IMG/VR virus record: IMGVR_UViG_3300051212_000930 | Location: 1 to 60,933 of that record | Direction: 5' to 3' (one strand) | DNA: 60,933 bases | DNA from: a virus | Lineage: Duplodnaviria > Caudoviricetes | Shown here: positions 10,347 through 19,328 of the stretch, in pieces | How positions within the stretch are numbered: position 1 is the stretch's first letter | Layout of the letters: each line of letters begins with the position of its first letter | Notes under the pieces: model-generated | What the model saw: the letters and a program-made list of their open reading frames with translations, nothing else | What the model was told of the DNA's origin: nothing | Database searches by the model: none | Translations under genes and position numbers: made by a program

Positions 10347-11042
10347 TTCTCCACTTGGCGCTTGGATTGATACATTAAGATCTAAACCTGGTTCATTATC
10401 ATTAATGTACTTTCTAAGTGCACCAGAATCACCCACTGGCATCTGGTCAATAAATGATTGAATTTGACCTCTGTCTCTTACACCATCAATTTCTGTAACC
10501 TGAGCGGTTAATCTCATAGTTAATAATTGTGAGATGGCATTTTGACCAAGTTTTTTTCTTCTCGCTTCATCTTCTTTAACCAATTTATCATCTTCATCGG
10601 CTGTTAAATATTTAAACTTAACTTTCTTTTTACTTCTTGGTAAGAAGAAATCACATTCACCGTTTTCATCTGGATTAACAGAAATTTCTTTGGCTTGGAA
10701 TTGACTGATATCGATTTCAGTTTCAAATCTTTCCCCAGTCTTCGGATCAGATAATTCAACTGGATACATTTCACCATAACCCGTTGCTCTTAAAAAGAAT
10801 AATATTGCGTTTTTATCACCAGAAAGCATTTGACCAGCTTTTAAATCTTGGTCGATTACTTTCTTATCCAACAAAACATCAATCACTTTACCACTCTGTA
10901 AAAGATTTGGTGATGTTAAAATATTTTCGTCTGCGGCTGTTAGGTATGCTACTTTAACAGTTGATTTTTTATTTTTGTAAAATTTACCTTGCGAAGGCAA
11001 AGAAATCACGTCATGCGCTGGTTCCATAAATGAATTATCCAT
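10287..11042 (-). CDS. Tail assembly chaperone / baseplate hub assembly protein (T4 gp26/gp51-like)
   Basis: LPSQGKFY...YLTAADENIL, internal repeat LPRSKKKVKFKYLTADED, C-terminal PGLDL...FLWP. Sits between tube and tape measure. Confidence 0.7.
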   Translation of the reverse strand: MDNSFMEPAHDVISLPSQGKFYKNKKSTVKVAYLTAADENILTSPNLLQSGKVIDVLLDKKVIDQDLKAGQMLSGDKNAILFFLRATGYGEMYPVELSDPKTGERFETEIDISQFQAKEISVNPDENGECDFFLPRSKKKVKFKYLTADEDDKLVKEDEARRKKLGQNAISQLLTMRLTAQVTEIDGVRDRGQIQSFIDQMPVGDSGALRKYINDNEPGLDLNVSIQAPSGEFFFGELPITSKFLWPYLDL

Positions 11043-11161
11043 ATAATAATTTTTTTTGTTTTTTAATTATAATCTATTCTTAAATAGTGTAAACTATCTT
11101 TTTTTTATTTTTTACCGTTTACTTGAGATTTTACGGTAATTATAGTTAATAATAGAACAAT

Positions 11162-11563
11162 ATGGCTAAAAAGAAAAGTAAAATCGGTAAAATGTTTAAA
11201 AAAATGAATGGTACATCAAGTCTTGAGACAACCTTTGGTGAATTACTAACTTCGATGGGTGTGTCATTCGAACCACATTTTATCTTTAAAAATAGGGAAT
11301 ATGATTTTTTATTAACCGATTACAACATATTGGTTGAAACCCATGGGTGTTTTTTTCATTGCTGTAAAACGCACAACCCAGAACCAAAATATGCTTTCCA
11401 AAGAAAAAATTTAAAAAACGATCAATACAAAGTTAAAATTGTAAAGTTTGATAGGACTTACACTTTGTTGGTGATTTGGGAACACGAAATGAATGAAATT
11501 AAAAAGGTTAAAAAAAAGATAAATGAGTTTATCATCAAATACGGAAACGTACTTAACGGATAA
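11162..11563 (+). CDS. Vsr/DUF559-like PD-(D/E)XK endonuclease
   Basis: YDF...LVETHGCFFHC...D..K...LVIWEHE pattern of the very-short-patch-repair endonuclease fold. Oriented opposite to the flanking tail genes. Confidence 0.75.
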   Translation: MAKKKSKIGKMFKKMNGTSSLETTFGELLTSMGVSFEPHFIFKNREYDFLLTDYNILVETHGCFFHCCKTHNPEPKYAFQRKNLKNDQYKVKIVKFDRTYTLLVIWEHEMNEIKKVKKKINEFIIKYGNVLNG

Positions 11564-11605
11564 AAAAAAGACCCGACTGCTGATCTTACGGTAAGCAAAT
11601 CGGGT
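11562..11605 (-). terminator. Probable terminator after tail tube gene
   Basis: ACCCGA...TCGGGT stem enclosing CTTAC/GTAAG, followed by a T-run on the minus strand; between convergent genes. Confidence 0.55.
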
Positions 11606-11629
11606 ACTGTTATTATCTTTATTACAAAA

Positions 11630-12118
11630 TTAGTATACCAAGATACATCTATCTGGTCTAAGAGTAGCTGTGATTTCAGCAATATCTTCTGCACTGTAAT
11701 CCAATGAACCAAAGTCAACGTTGGTCAAGAATGTTCCCTGAAGGATCCATTTTTCAACAACAACACCAGTTGGGTCTAACATCTCAAGTTCGATGTCTTT
11801 CTTATAACCAGCTGCGTAACCCATACGACCTGTAACAGATTCGGCGTGTAGACGAACCCACTCCATTAACGCTTGAGCGGCTGATGGCCCAATAGGGTCT
11901 TTAAATGTAACGTCAATAGATTCCCAGTTAAATCTACCAGCCACATAAGTTGATGTATTCAAAAACGGGATTTCAACTTCACCAATGGTGATTTTAGGTC
12001 TTGACGTTGAAATTACAAACCATTCGTTAATACCCAATGAACTTGGAAATCTTAGGATAAACCTGTTTTGTTTCTTTGGTTCGTAAGGTACAGGCATTTT
12101 CATTAATAAGTTCGCCAT
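11630..12118 (-). CDS. Tail tube protein (T4 gp19-like)
   Basis: 162 aa; EPKKQNRF, GRFNWESIDVTFKD, EWV, YKKDIELEMLDPTG.VVEKW.L.G.F, typical of myophage tubes; follows the sheath. Confidence 0.9.
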   Translation of the reverse strand: MANLLMKMPVPYEPKKQNRFILRFPSSLGINEWFVISTSRPKITIGEVEIPFLNTSTYVAGRFNWESIDVTFKDPIGPSAAQALMEWVRLHAESVTGRMGYAAGYKKDIELEMLDPTGVVVEKWILQGTFLTNVDFGSLDYSAEDIAEITATLRPDRCILVY

Positions 12119-12236
12119 AATTTTCTATTTTTTTTTAATTGATTATTTCTTTTATATAAATATCTGGTAAAATCGCTTTGTTCAGATACTTTTTTATTTT
12201 ACAATAAATAGTTGAAAAAAAAATTTTTGTAAACAC

Positions 12237-12267
12237 TTGACTTTATCATTTTTTTTCCTTACTATTG
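12237..12267 (+). promoter_or_regulatory. Host-type promoter (TTG-N20-TACTATTG; also reads TTGACT-N17-TACTAT) with no downstream ORF
   Basis: Same geometry as promoters at 16998, 25479, 32417 and 55117. Confidence 0.55.
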
Positions 12268-12271
12268 AATA

Positions 12272-12427
12272 GGGCCTTTTATATAAAAGGTACTTTTAAT
12301 ACATACTATATACATAAATAGTTAACAATATTAATAAATAATAGATAAATAATAAAATGTATAATGGTACTCTTATATAAAAGGAACTTATGATATAAGG
12401 TACTGTGCAATTTTTAAAATTGGTACA
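12272..12427. repeat. AT-rich intergenic array of palindromic units ending in GGTAC/GGAAC
   Basis: CCTTTTATATAAAAGG-TAC (perfect 16-bp palindrome, 12275-12290), ATAATGGTAC, CTTATATAAAAGGAAC, CTTATGATATAAGGTAC, CAATTTTTAAAATTGGTAC. Confidence 0.6.
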
Positions 12428-12428
12428 T

Positions 12429-12457
12429 AAAAAAAGGGCTCTACTCGAGCCCTTTTA
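12429..12457. terminator. Bidirectional rho-independent terminator
   Basis: AAAAGGGCTC-TACTC-GAGCCCTTTT with A- and T-tracts on both sides, just after the sheath stop. Confidence 0.8.
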
Positions 12458-12474
12458 AATTTATTCTATTTTTA

Positions 12475-15400
12475 TTAGATATTATCGAATGATACGCTTG
12501 TTGGTGTAACCACGAATTCCAATTCGATGAATTCCAATGTTGGTGTTGGCTTAAGGAAGATTTTACCTCTAAGTGTGTTTCTATCGTTATCCTCAACTTC
12601 ATTCACCAATGAAACTCTAAAGTCGGTTAAACCTCTTTCTTTTCTGATGTTATCCAAGATTGGATTAACAAGTGATAAGAATTGACTTCTAACCTGTGCA
12701 TCATTTGGATCGAACAATAATCTGTTTGCTACCGCTACAATTAATTTTCTTGCTTGTAACAATAATCTTCTGATGTTTAATCTGTTCAATGCACTATCTC
12801 TCAATTGAAGGTTTCTGTTACCCCAAATTACATTTCCTACGTCAGAGAATGTGGCGATAGGGTTAATTCTACCTGGGTAAAGAATGTCTCTACTTTCTTG
12901 ATCTAATGCGATACGAGCTCTGATACAGTTAACAATACCTCTATTGTAACCTGCGGTTGCAAACCAAGGATGTGCTACATTATCAGTGAAGGCTAAGTTT
13001 CTTACAACCTCAGCAGTTGGTGGGATGTAAAGATTAGCGTTATTCTCGGTATCTGAAATTTGAATCCATGGGTAGTAAACCGCAGTATAGTTAGAATCAA
13101 TTTCTGTTGTTTCCAATTCATCAATGATATCATTAGGGAATAACCAATCTTCTGTGTTAGCAGCGTTGTTATTACCAATTAACTTGATATCAGGTAAAGT
13201 TGGTAAGTAAATTGAGTCTAATCTTTTCTCTTCAACAATTTCAATGGTATCTCTAACTAATTCTGTGTTATTAAGTATGTCAATACCTGGTGTTGCTAAA
13301 ATATTGATTACAGTTTGTTCTGGATTTTCAAATGTTTTAACACCATACAAGTATGAGTAATAATCTGAAGTACCAAACAAGTCACCGTATTCAACACTTG
13401 TAAATGTATCGAATCCAGCAGCTACGAAACCGTTTCTACCAATTTTATAGTCATCACCGTTTGTTCTTTGTTCTCTGTAAATATCCCAACCATCAAATCC
13501 ACCAGACAATAAAGCTGTGAATTTTCTTGTTTTAATGTCATGATATGGATGAGTTAATGTTGAAGCAATTACAACTGGATCAACAAAAGTACCAACACCA
13601 GCTGCAAATACATTGTTTCCGTTTGTATCCACAATTGTTCCCGCATTGATATCCAAGTGGAAACCTTTGGTTTTAGTTGTCCAATCTAAACCATCATTGT
13701 AAGCATTATCACCAGTTAAAGAAACTTTACCCTTGAATTGTAATAAATCAGCATCAAAACCATACTCAAGATCAGTAAAACCTAAGTAAATTTTTCTAAC
13801 TTTATCACCAAGTGAATATATTGGTGTTGAAAATGGTGGATTTACAATTAATTCACCTGGAGCGTAGTATTTTGTTTTGTAAGATAATTCAGGTACACCG
13901 CAGAAATCAGCTTCGGTTGAACCTGTTCCAAATGTTCTAAACTCGTAACCCTCAAAACCAGACGCAACAGCATCAATTGGAGCATTTTCAGCCATTTCAA
14001 CAACCACATAAGAACTTCTTAGTGGGTATTTGTTATCAATAGTACCAATTCTTCTACCAATGTAATTATCTTGCGACTCGTCCATAGATACAGATAAAAA
14101 TCTTTCAAGGAAGAATGGGTTCTTATCACTATCAGCAAAAGCTCTAATATAAACATCAAATGTTTTTCTGTCTAAATCAACATTACCAATTGAAATTTTA
14201 ATATCTGTATTAGCGTTTGTACCATCAGAAATAGATATGAATCTAAATAATCTTTGTGGTAAACCACCTCTTAATTCAGACACAAAGAATGGTGTTGCTG
14301 GTGATTGGAATTGAAACTTCATATGATCCCAAGTATTGATTGGTATCAAATCGAAGTGCAAACCTTTAATTTCATTAAAGTTCCAACCTTTCTTTATAAC
14401 AGAATCGTAAACTTCCTCAACAAACAAGAAAGCATCTTTATCAAAAGCTTGAGTACCCAAAACATTTTTGATATAGTTTTTCTTGGTTTTATCTAGTGAA
14501 ACGGTATATGAAAAATTCGTACCACCAGTAGTTGTACCAGTAATATCAAAAGTTGCATATGGGTTAGTTAGTGCGTTATCGAACTGATCATATGCCACCG
14601 TTGTTGAATCAACATTGTAACCCAATACGTTTGAAATATACTGACCTCTACTTCTTAATGTGGCAACCGTTTTTTTATGGTATTTTTGGTTTGGCGAGCA
14701 AACATAATCATAAACAATCAATTTCATTTTACCCGCATATACCGATGCACTAACACCTGTTATATCATAAGCGAATATCGCAAAAGACGATCCTTCATAC
14801 TGATCACTTACTTCATTAAAGGTAAATTCTTTTATTAAGATATCATCCGTTCTATCAGAAACTGGTATACCAATGGCCAACTCATACGCATCTAAAAAAG
14901 CTGGTGTGGCTGGGCCAGAACCAGTTAATGTTTGAGCGTTTCTATCAGCTACAATAGCTGTCTGTTCTGAACTATCTAAGATACCCCAATAAGATACGTT
15001 ATTTTTATACCAATCTTTTAATGTGTAGTTAATTACATTAAAGAAGTTATAATAAGCCGTATCAAATTTAGTTGTATCTATTCCAGTTAATGTTGATATA
15101 TGATCAACCACTTCAGTTGAAGTACCAGACACTAAAAAAGTACCAGGTTGACTAGTAGGTACATTAACATCAACTGTAAAGTCAAATACATATGTTGTAT
15201 CCGTATATGCTAATGTGTTTTTATTACATGTTCCTAAAGTCCTAATCGCATAACCCATACCAGCATCATAACCAGAAAGACCCAATACTCGGGTTACAAA
15301 TAACTGATTTGATTGACTTAAGTACGATTTTGCAATGTACGGTAATTCATATTTTACGATTTGAGTGTTTCTAAATCTTTCTGGGCTAGTACCACCAAAA

Positions 15401-15567
15401 CTAACTTTAAATTCATCATAATTTCTGATGAAAATAGGTTGGAAGGCAGGCCCTTTCTTTGTTTCACCCACTAATCCTAGGGTTGTAACACCAACTGTCT
15501 CAGTAGTAAATGTTAAATCTTTTTCTGAGGTATAGACACCTGGTGATGCATAAACTTTGTTTGCCAT
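12475..15567 (-). CDS. Tail sheath protein (T4 gp18-like), enlarged
   Basis: N-terminal SPGVYTSEKD...GETKKGP; C-terminal YYPW, PWFATAGYNRG, RINPIATF, WGNRNL, RLNIRRLL, KPTPTLEFIELEF. Confidence 0.95.
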   Translation of the reverse strand: MANKVYASPGVYTSEKDLTFTTETVGVTTLGLVGETKKGPAFQPIFIRNYDEFKVSFGGTSPERFRNTQIVKYELPYIAKSYLSQSNQLFVTRVLGLSGYDAGMGYAIRTLGTCNKNTLAYTDTTYVFDFTVDVNVPTSQPGTFLVSGTSTEVVDHISTLTGIDTTKFDTAYYNFFNVINYTLKDWYKNNVSYWGILDSSEQTAIVADRNAQTLTGSGPATPAFLDAYELAIGIPVSDRTDDILIKEFTFNEVSDQYEGSSFAIFAYDITGVSASVYAGKMKLIVYDYVCSPNQKYHKKTVATLRSRGQYISNVLGYNVDSTTVAYDQFDNALTNPYATFDITGTTTGGTNFSYTVSLDKTKKNYIKNVLGTQAFDKDAFLFVEEVYDSVIKKGWNFNEIKGLHFDLIPINTWDHMKFQFQSPATPFFVSELRGGLPQRLFRFISISDGTNANTDIKISIGNVDLDRKTFDVYIRAFADSDKNPFFLERFLSVSMDESQDNYIGRRIGTIDNKYPLRSSYVVVEMAENAPIDAVASGFEGYEFRTFGTGSTEADFCGVPELSYKTKYYAPGELIVNPPFSTPIYSLGDKVRKIYLGFTDLEYGFDADLLQFKGKVSLTGDNAYNDGLDWTTKTKGFHLDINAGTIVDTNGNNVFAAGVGTFVDPVVIASTLTHPYHDIKTRKFTALLSGGFDGWDIYREQRTNGDDYKIGRNGFVAAGFDTFTSVEYGDLFGTSDYYSYLYGVKTFENPEQTVINILATPGIDILNNTELVRDTIEIVEEKRLDSIYLPTLPDIKLIGNNNAANTEDWLFPNDIIDELETTEIDSNYTAVYYPWIQISDTENNANLYIPPTAEVVRNLAFTDNVAHPWFATAGYNRGIVNCIRARIALDQESRDILYPGRINPIATFSDVGNVIWGNRNLQLRDSALNRLNIRRLLLQARKLIVAVANRLLFDPNDAQVRSQFLSLVNPILDNIRKERGLTDFRVSLVNEVEDNDRNTLRGKIFLKPTPTLEFIELEFVVTPTSVSFDNI

Positions 15568-15608
15568 ATTTGTTTAATTTTAATTTTTTTATTTACCTTT
15601 TACTTACA

Positions 15609-15615
15609 ATAAATA
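15609..15615 (-). promoter_or_regulatory. Putative late promoter motif TATTTAT upstream of sheath
   Basis: The same motif precedes many structural genes: minus strand at 10059, 12156, 16973, 20499; plus strand at 20490, 25041, 28759, 48168, 50513, 52364, 56325, 60235. Confidence 0.6.
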
Positions 15616-15672
15616 TCTCTGATTTTTTCAAAAAACAAGAAATACTATTTACTTTTTAAATTATTTTACGAG

Positions 15673-16440
15673 TTACTGCTTTTCAACAACCGTAAATGTT
15701 CTACTTATCGCTGGAGTTACTTCAAAATCATCTGGATCAAGAATAAAACCTTGTAACATAAACGAATAAAGCTGTACATAAAACCTTTTATTGTCTAAGT
15801 CCGTGATTTGACTTTCATCTGATGTATCCTCCAAAATAATTGGTATGTAATGACCATTTACAACAGCATATGCTTGTCGACTTTGAAAATGCTTAAAAAC
15901 TATTGAATTGAATTTATTTAGATCCTGTTGTCTGTAAGCAAAAATTCTAACATCGTAATTAATGTCAATTGGGATTGGTTGTGGTATTTTGTAAATATCA
16001 ACACCCTTTCGATTTCCATCCCAAGTTGGTACTTCTGAATAAATAAAGGACTTACCTTGTGGTATATTATATATCAAAGAAGGGTTTGTACCTGGTTTAG
16101 TGTCAGGTTGTCTAACTATATTAACAAAAGGTATTTTAATATTTTTATATTCATCTGAAAAATTCCATGTTTTTGAAAACTCAGTCCATTTTTGAATACC
16201 CATCATAAAAACTGGTACTCTATCACCGTTTAAGGTTAAAGCCATATTTTCAGTTACAAAATTTTTAAAACCAGAGTCTAAATCAATATGTAAAACCCCC
16301 TTTGGTAAATACGTATCTTTGTCTGTTATCATATCCTTCATATTTTCAGCGGCACCGCTTTCCATTATGTAAGGGTATTCAATATTAGATCTGTCTCTTG
16401 ATATGTTTACTTTTTTCTTATATGAACCAGGTAATGCCAT
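15673..16440 (-). CDS. Tail terminator / sheath stabilizer (T4 gp15-like)
   Basis: IPQPIPIDINYDVRIF...F.LQGFI motif; between head-closure and sheath genes. Start taken at ATG 16440 (MALPGS). Confidence 0.65.
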   Translation of the reverse strand: MALPGSYKKKVNISRDRSNIEYPYIMESGAAENMKDMITDKDTYLPKGVLHIDLDSGFKNFVTENMALTLNGDRVPVFMMGIQKWTEFSKTWNFSDEYKNIKIPFVNIVRQPDTKPGTNPSLIYNIPQGKSFIYSEVPTWDGNRKGVDIYKIPQPIPIDINYDVRIFAYRQQDLNKFNSIVFKHFQSRQAYAVVNGHYIPIILEDTSDESQITDLDNKRFYVQLYSFMLQGFILDPDDFEVTPAISRTFTVVEKQ

Positions 16441-16441
16441 A

Positions 16442-16960
16442 TTAAATTCCGTTAAATTGATCTGGATCAACAGTTACACAGCTAATTGTTCTATAATAAC
16501 TTTTATAACCAAATTGAGTGTGTGCGTTATCCGAGTTTATTTTACCATCATCAAATACCTCAAAGTACTTTAAATTGTTTTCCCTATCAGAGTATCCGAC
16601 TATATCACCATAACTAATATCAACGCCTTTATCAATTAATTGCTTATTTAAAATAGTAAACGATAAATTACCATATTCTTGGTATCGCAATCTACCCTCA
16701 CCATAAGATTTGTTTTCAGCTTGCTCTAATGACAATAAAACTTTTAACTCGACTGGGGGTAAAAATCTGATTTCACGAGATTCACTTTCACCGTAAACAT
16801 CTTCATTATTACTGTTAACCTTATCTATTCTATATAAAACAACAGTAAAATTAGCATCTTCCTCAATAACCTCTCTCGCCATATCCAACTCCAACTCAAA
16901 GTCTTTTTCGTCATAAAATCGCGATAATCGGGTTATTGGTATCCTATTCTTACGTTCCAT
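16442..16960 (-). CDS. Neck / head closure protein (T4 gp14-like)
   Basis: VVLYRID...DVYGES...FLPPVEL...GDIVGY...YFEV pattern; TATTTAT motif upstream. Confidence 0.65.
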   Translation of the reverse strand: MERKNRIPITRLSRFYDEKDFELELDMAREVIEEDANFTVVLYRIDKVNSNNEDVYGESESREIRFLPPVELKVLLSLEQAENKSYGEGRLRYQEYGNLSFTILNKQLIDKGVDISYGDIVGYSDRENNLKYFEVFDDGKINSDNAHTQFGYKSYYRTISCVTVDPDQFNGI

Positions 16961-16997
16961 ATTATTTTTATTATAAATAGTCTAAACAAACCCTATA

Positions 16998-17028
16998 TTG
17001 ACTTTATGGAAAATAATTACTATTATTG
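16998..17028 (+). promoter_or_regulatory. Host-type (early/middle) promoter TTG-N20-TATTATTG
   Basis: Upstream of 17041 and the helicase; exact 20-nt spacer as at the other sites. Confidence 0.6.
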
Positions 17029-17040
17029 TCATAAAAAAAA

Positions 17041-17544
17041 ATGAGAGATCATATATTAGAATATTGTTCCGTTGATATATTAGAGGAACACATGTTTTTA
17101 GATGTTATCTTTGATAACGCTTTACTTGGAGTTTGCTATACAATGGAAGATGGGTTTATTCCAGCTTATGATATTGACTTAGTTATTGATAAAATCACCG
17201 AAAATGATAATCTAACGTATCAAGAAGCTCTTAATTTTTTTAATAATAATATTTTAGAGGCTTATCCAATGATATCTTTTATAAAGAAAAGTGATGAGTC
17301 CGAAGAAGAATTATCGGATTATAATAAAGAAATGCTATTTTTACCAGATTATAACAAAAATACGCTTGTTGGTGTGAAAATACAACAAGATAGAAATGTA
17401 ATCGCTGTTTATGATGATTTTATGTGTATTCAATCATTAATTGATGAAGGTCTGACGGAAGAAGATGCTATTGAACATTTTGAGTACAACACTCGAGGTT
17501 CATATGTAGGAGAAAACACACCTGCGTTTTTAACAATGTTTTAA
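17041..17544 (+). CDS. Hypothetical phage protein with tandem duplicated domain
   Basis: Two similar halves: GV...AYD...LTYQEALNFFNNNI and GV...VYD...LTEEDAIEHFEYNTRGSYVGENTP. Confidence 0.75.
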   Translation: MRDHILEYCSVDILEEHMFLDVIFDNALLGVCYTMEDGFIPAYDIDLVIDKITENDNLTYQEALNFFNNNILEAYPMISFIKKSDESEEELSDYNKEMLFLPDYNKNTLVGVKIQQDRNVIAVYDDFMCIQSLIDEGLTEEDAIEHFEYNTRGSYVGENTPAFLTMF

Positions 17545-17546
17545 AA

Positions 17547-19328
17547 ATGAATTTACCGATAGAAAAACTAGCTCTGAATATCTTAAAAACATATAATGGG
17601 ACTAACGATTATATACAACAAATACAAAAAGATTATTTCAAAAATAAATCTTTTATACCGACAAAAAATCAATCTGATTATATCATAAAATTTCATAATA
17701 CTGTACCACATAGTGTAAAAAAAGAAGTTGCGATACACAAATCTTGTAGAGAATTTGTTAAAGACCAATTAAAATTAGATTTTTTACCTGATAAAATTTA
17801 CATAGATAAGTTATTATCCAGAAAAGAAGATATGCTTCATATCTGGGGCTGCTTTGGCGGTGATTGCGGTTATTACCAGACAATCTTTATATCAAAAGAA
17901 TGTATTAAAAAATTAAAAGAGGTTCCAAAAATAGACTTTTCTAAATATGAAAGAGAACCAAAGCCTCACCAAATAATAGCTATCAATAAGTTATTGGAAA
18001 ACGAAAAATTTATATTAGCGGATGATATGGGCCTTGGTAAAACGACATCAGCGATTATCGCAGCCATGGAAGGTGGTTTTAAAAAAATTCTAGTTGTTTG
18101 TCCAGCATCATTAAAATTAAACTGGAAAAAAGAAATCATGAACTATGATTCTGGTGAAAATATCTCAATTGTAGATAGTGTTGATTTCAGAGCAAAAAAA
18201 TGGACTATCGTGAACTACGATATTTTAAAAAATTTCCATTACTTACCGCAAAGAGGTGTTAAATTATCCGATCTACCACCGTCACCAATAGATTTTCATA
18301 AATTTGATTTGGTTATTGCTGACGAAGCGCATTATTTAAAAAACTCAACATCAAACCGAACAAAGATTTTTAACAATTTTGCTTCAAAAATACAGAACAG
18401 GTGGTTTTTAACAGGAACCCCAATAACAAATAAACCTGTTGATTTTTATAATCTATTGTATCTATGTGAATCCCCTATTGCGATAAATTGGATGTTCTAT
18501 GTTAGAAGATATTGTGCGGCAAAACAATTTAATAGAAAAGGTAGTAAACAAAAATATTGGGTAACCTCTGGTGCGTCTAATTTAGATGAACTCAGAGAAT
18601 ATTCGGCTGATTGTATACTTAGAAGAACTAAAAAAGATTCTATTGATTTACCACAAAAGACAATTAAACCAGTTTATTTACCAATAGAACTTTGTACAAA
18701 CTACAATAGTTATATTGCTGAATACGAAGCGTGGGTTGAGGAAATGTTAGCAATAGGTGAAAAACCATCGGTTACAGATCACTTGACAAAACTGATAAAA
18801 GTTAGGCAGCTTTTATCTCACGATAAAACAAAACACACAATTGAATTGGCTGAAGATTTAATTGAAAACGGGCATAAAGTAATTATATTCAGTTGTTTCA
18901 CGCAATCAATAAATTCAATACATGAACATTTTGGTAAAAGCTCTGTGATAATAGATGGATCCGTATCAAAAGAAAAAAGACAACTTGCTGTTGATAGATT
19001 CCAATCTGATGATAAAGTAAAAGTTTTTTGTGGCAATATAGTTGCTGCTGGTGTTGGTTTAACTTTAACCGAAGGTACGATCGTAATATTTAATGACCTG
19101 GATTGGACACCAACTAATCATGCACAAGCCGAAGATAGGGCACATAGGATTGGACAGGTTAATGACGTTCACATTATATACCCATTGTTTGATGAAACTT
19201 TGGATGTGATAATGTTTAACACACTAAGAAGAAAAATGAAAATCATTAACCAAGTTATGGGTGATAATATGGTTACCGATGAATTATCGGTTGGACAAGA
19301 AGTAATAAAAGATTTAATGAAACAATAA
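17547..19328 (+). CDS. SNF2-family (HARP/SMARCAL1-like) helicase/translocase
   Basis: LADDMGLGKT, VCPASLKLNW, DEAH, LTGTP, LRRTK, GVGLTLT, QAEDRAHRIGQ. Confidence 0.95.
   Translation: MNLPIEKLALNILKTYNGTNDYIQQIQKDYFKNKSFIPTKNQSDYIIKFHNTVPHSVKKEVAIHKSCREFVKDQLKLDFLPDKIYIDKLLSRKEDMLHIWGCFGGDCGYYQTIFISKECIKKLKEVPKIDFSKYEREPKPHQIIAINKLLENEKFILADDMGLGKTTSAIIAAMEGGFKKILVVCPASLKLNWKKEIMNYDSGENISIVDSVDFRAKKWTIVNYDILKNFHYLPQRGVKLSDLPPSPIDFHKFDLVIADEAHYLKNSTSNRTKIFNNFASKIQNRWFLTGTPITNKPVDFYNLLYLCESPIAINWMFYVRRYCAAKQFNRKGSKQKYWVTSGASNLDELREYSADCILRRTKKDSIDLPQKTIKPVYLPIELCTNYNSYIAEYEAWVEEMLAIGEKPSVTDHLTKLIKVRQLLSHDKTKHTIELAEDLIENGHKVIIFSCFTQSINSIHEHFGKSSVIIDGSVSKEKRQLAVDRFQSDDKVKVFCGNIVAAGVGLTLTEGTIVIFNDLDWTPTNHAQAEDRAHRIGQVNDVHIIYPLFDETLDVIMFNTLRRKMKIINQVMGDNMVTDELSVGQEVIKDLMKQ

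Noticed and set aside
12272-12427. Intergenic units as a mini-CRISPR array
   Set aside because: The conserved core is only ~5-13 bp with irregular spacing, and there are no cas genes in the window.
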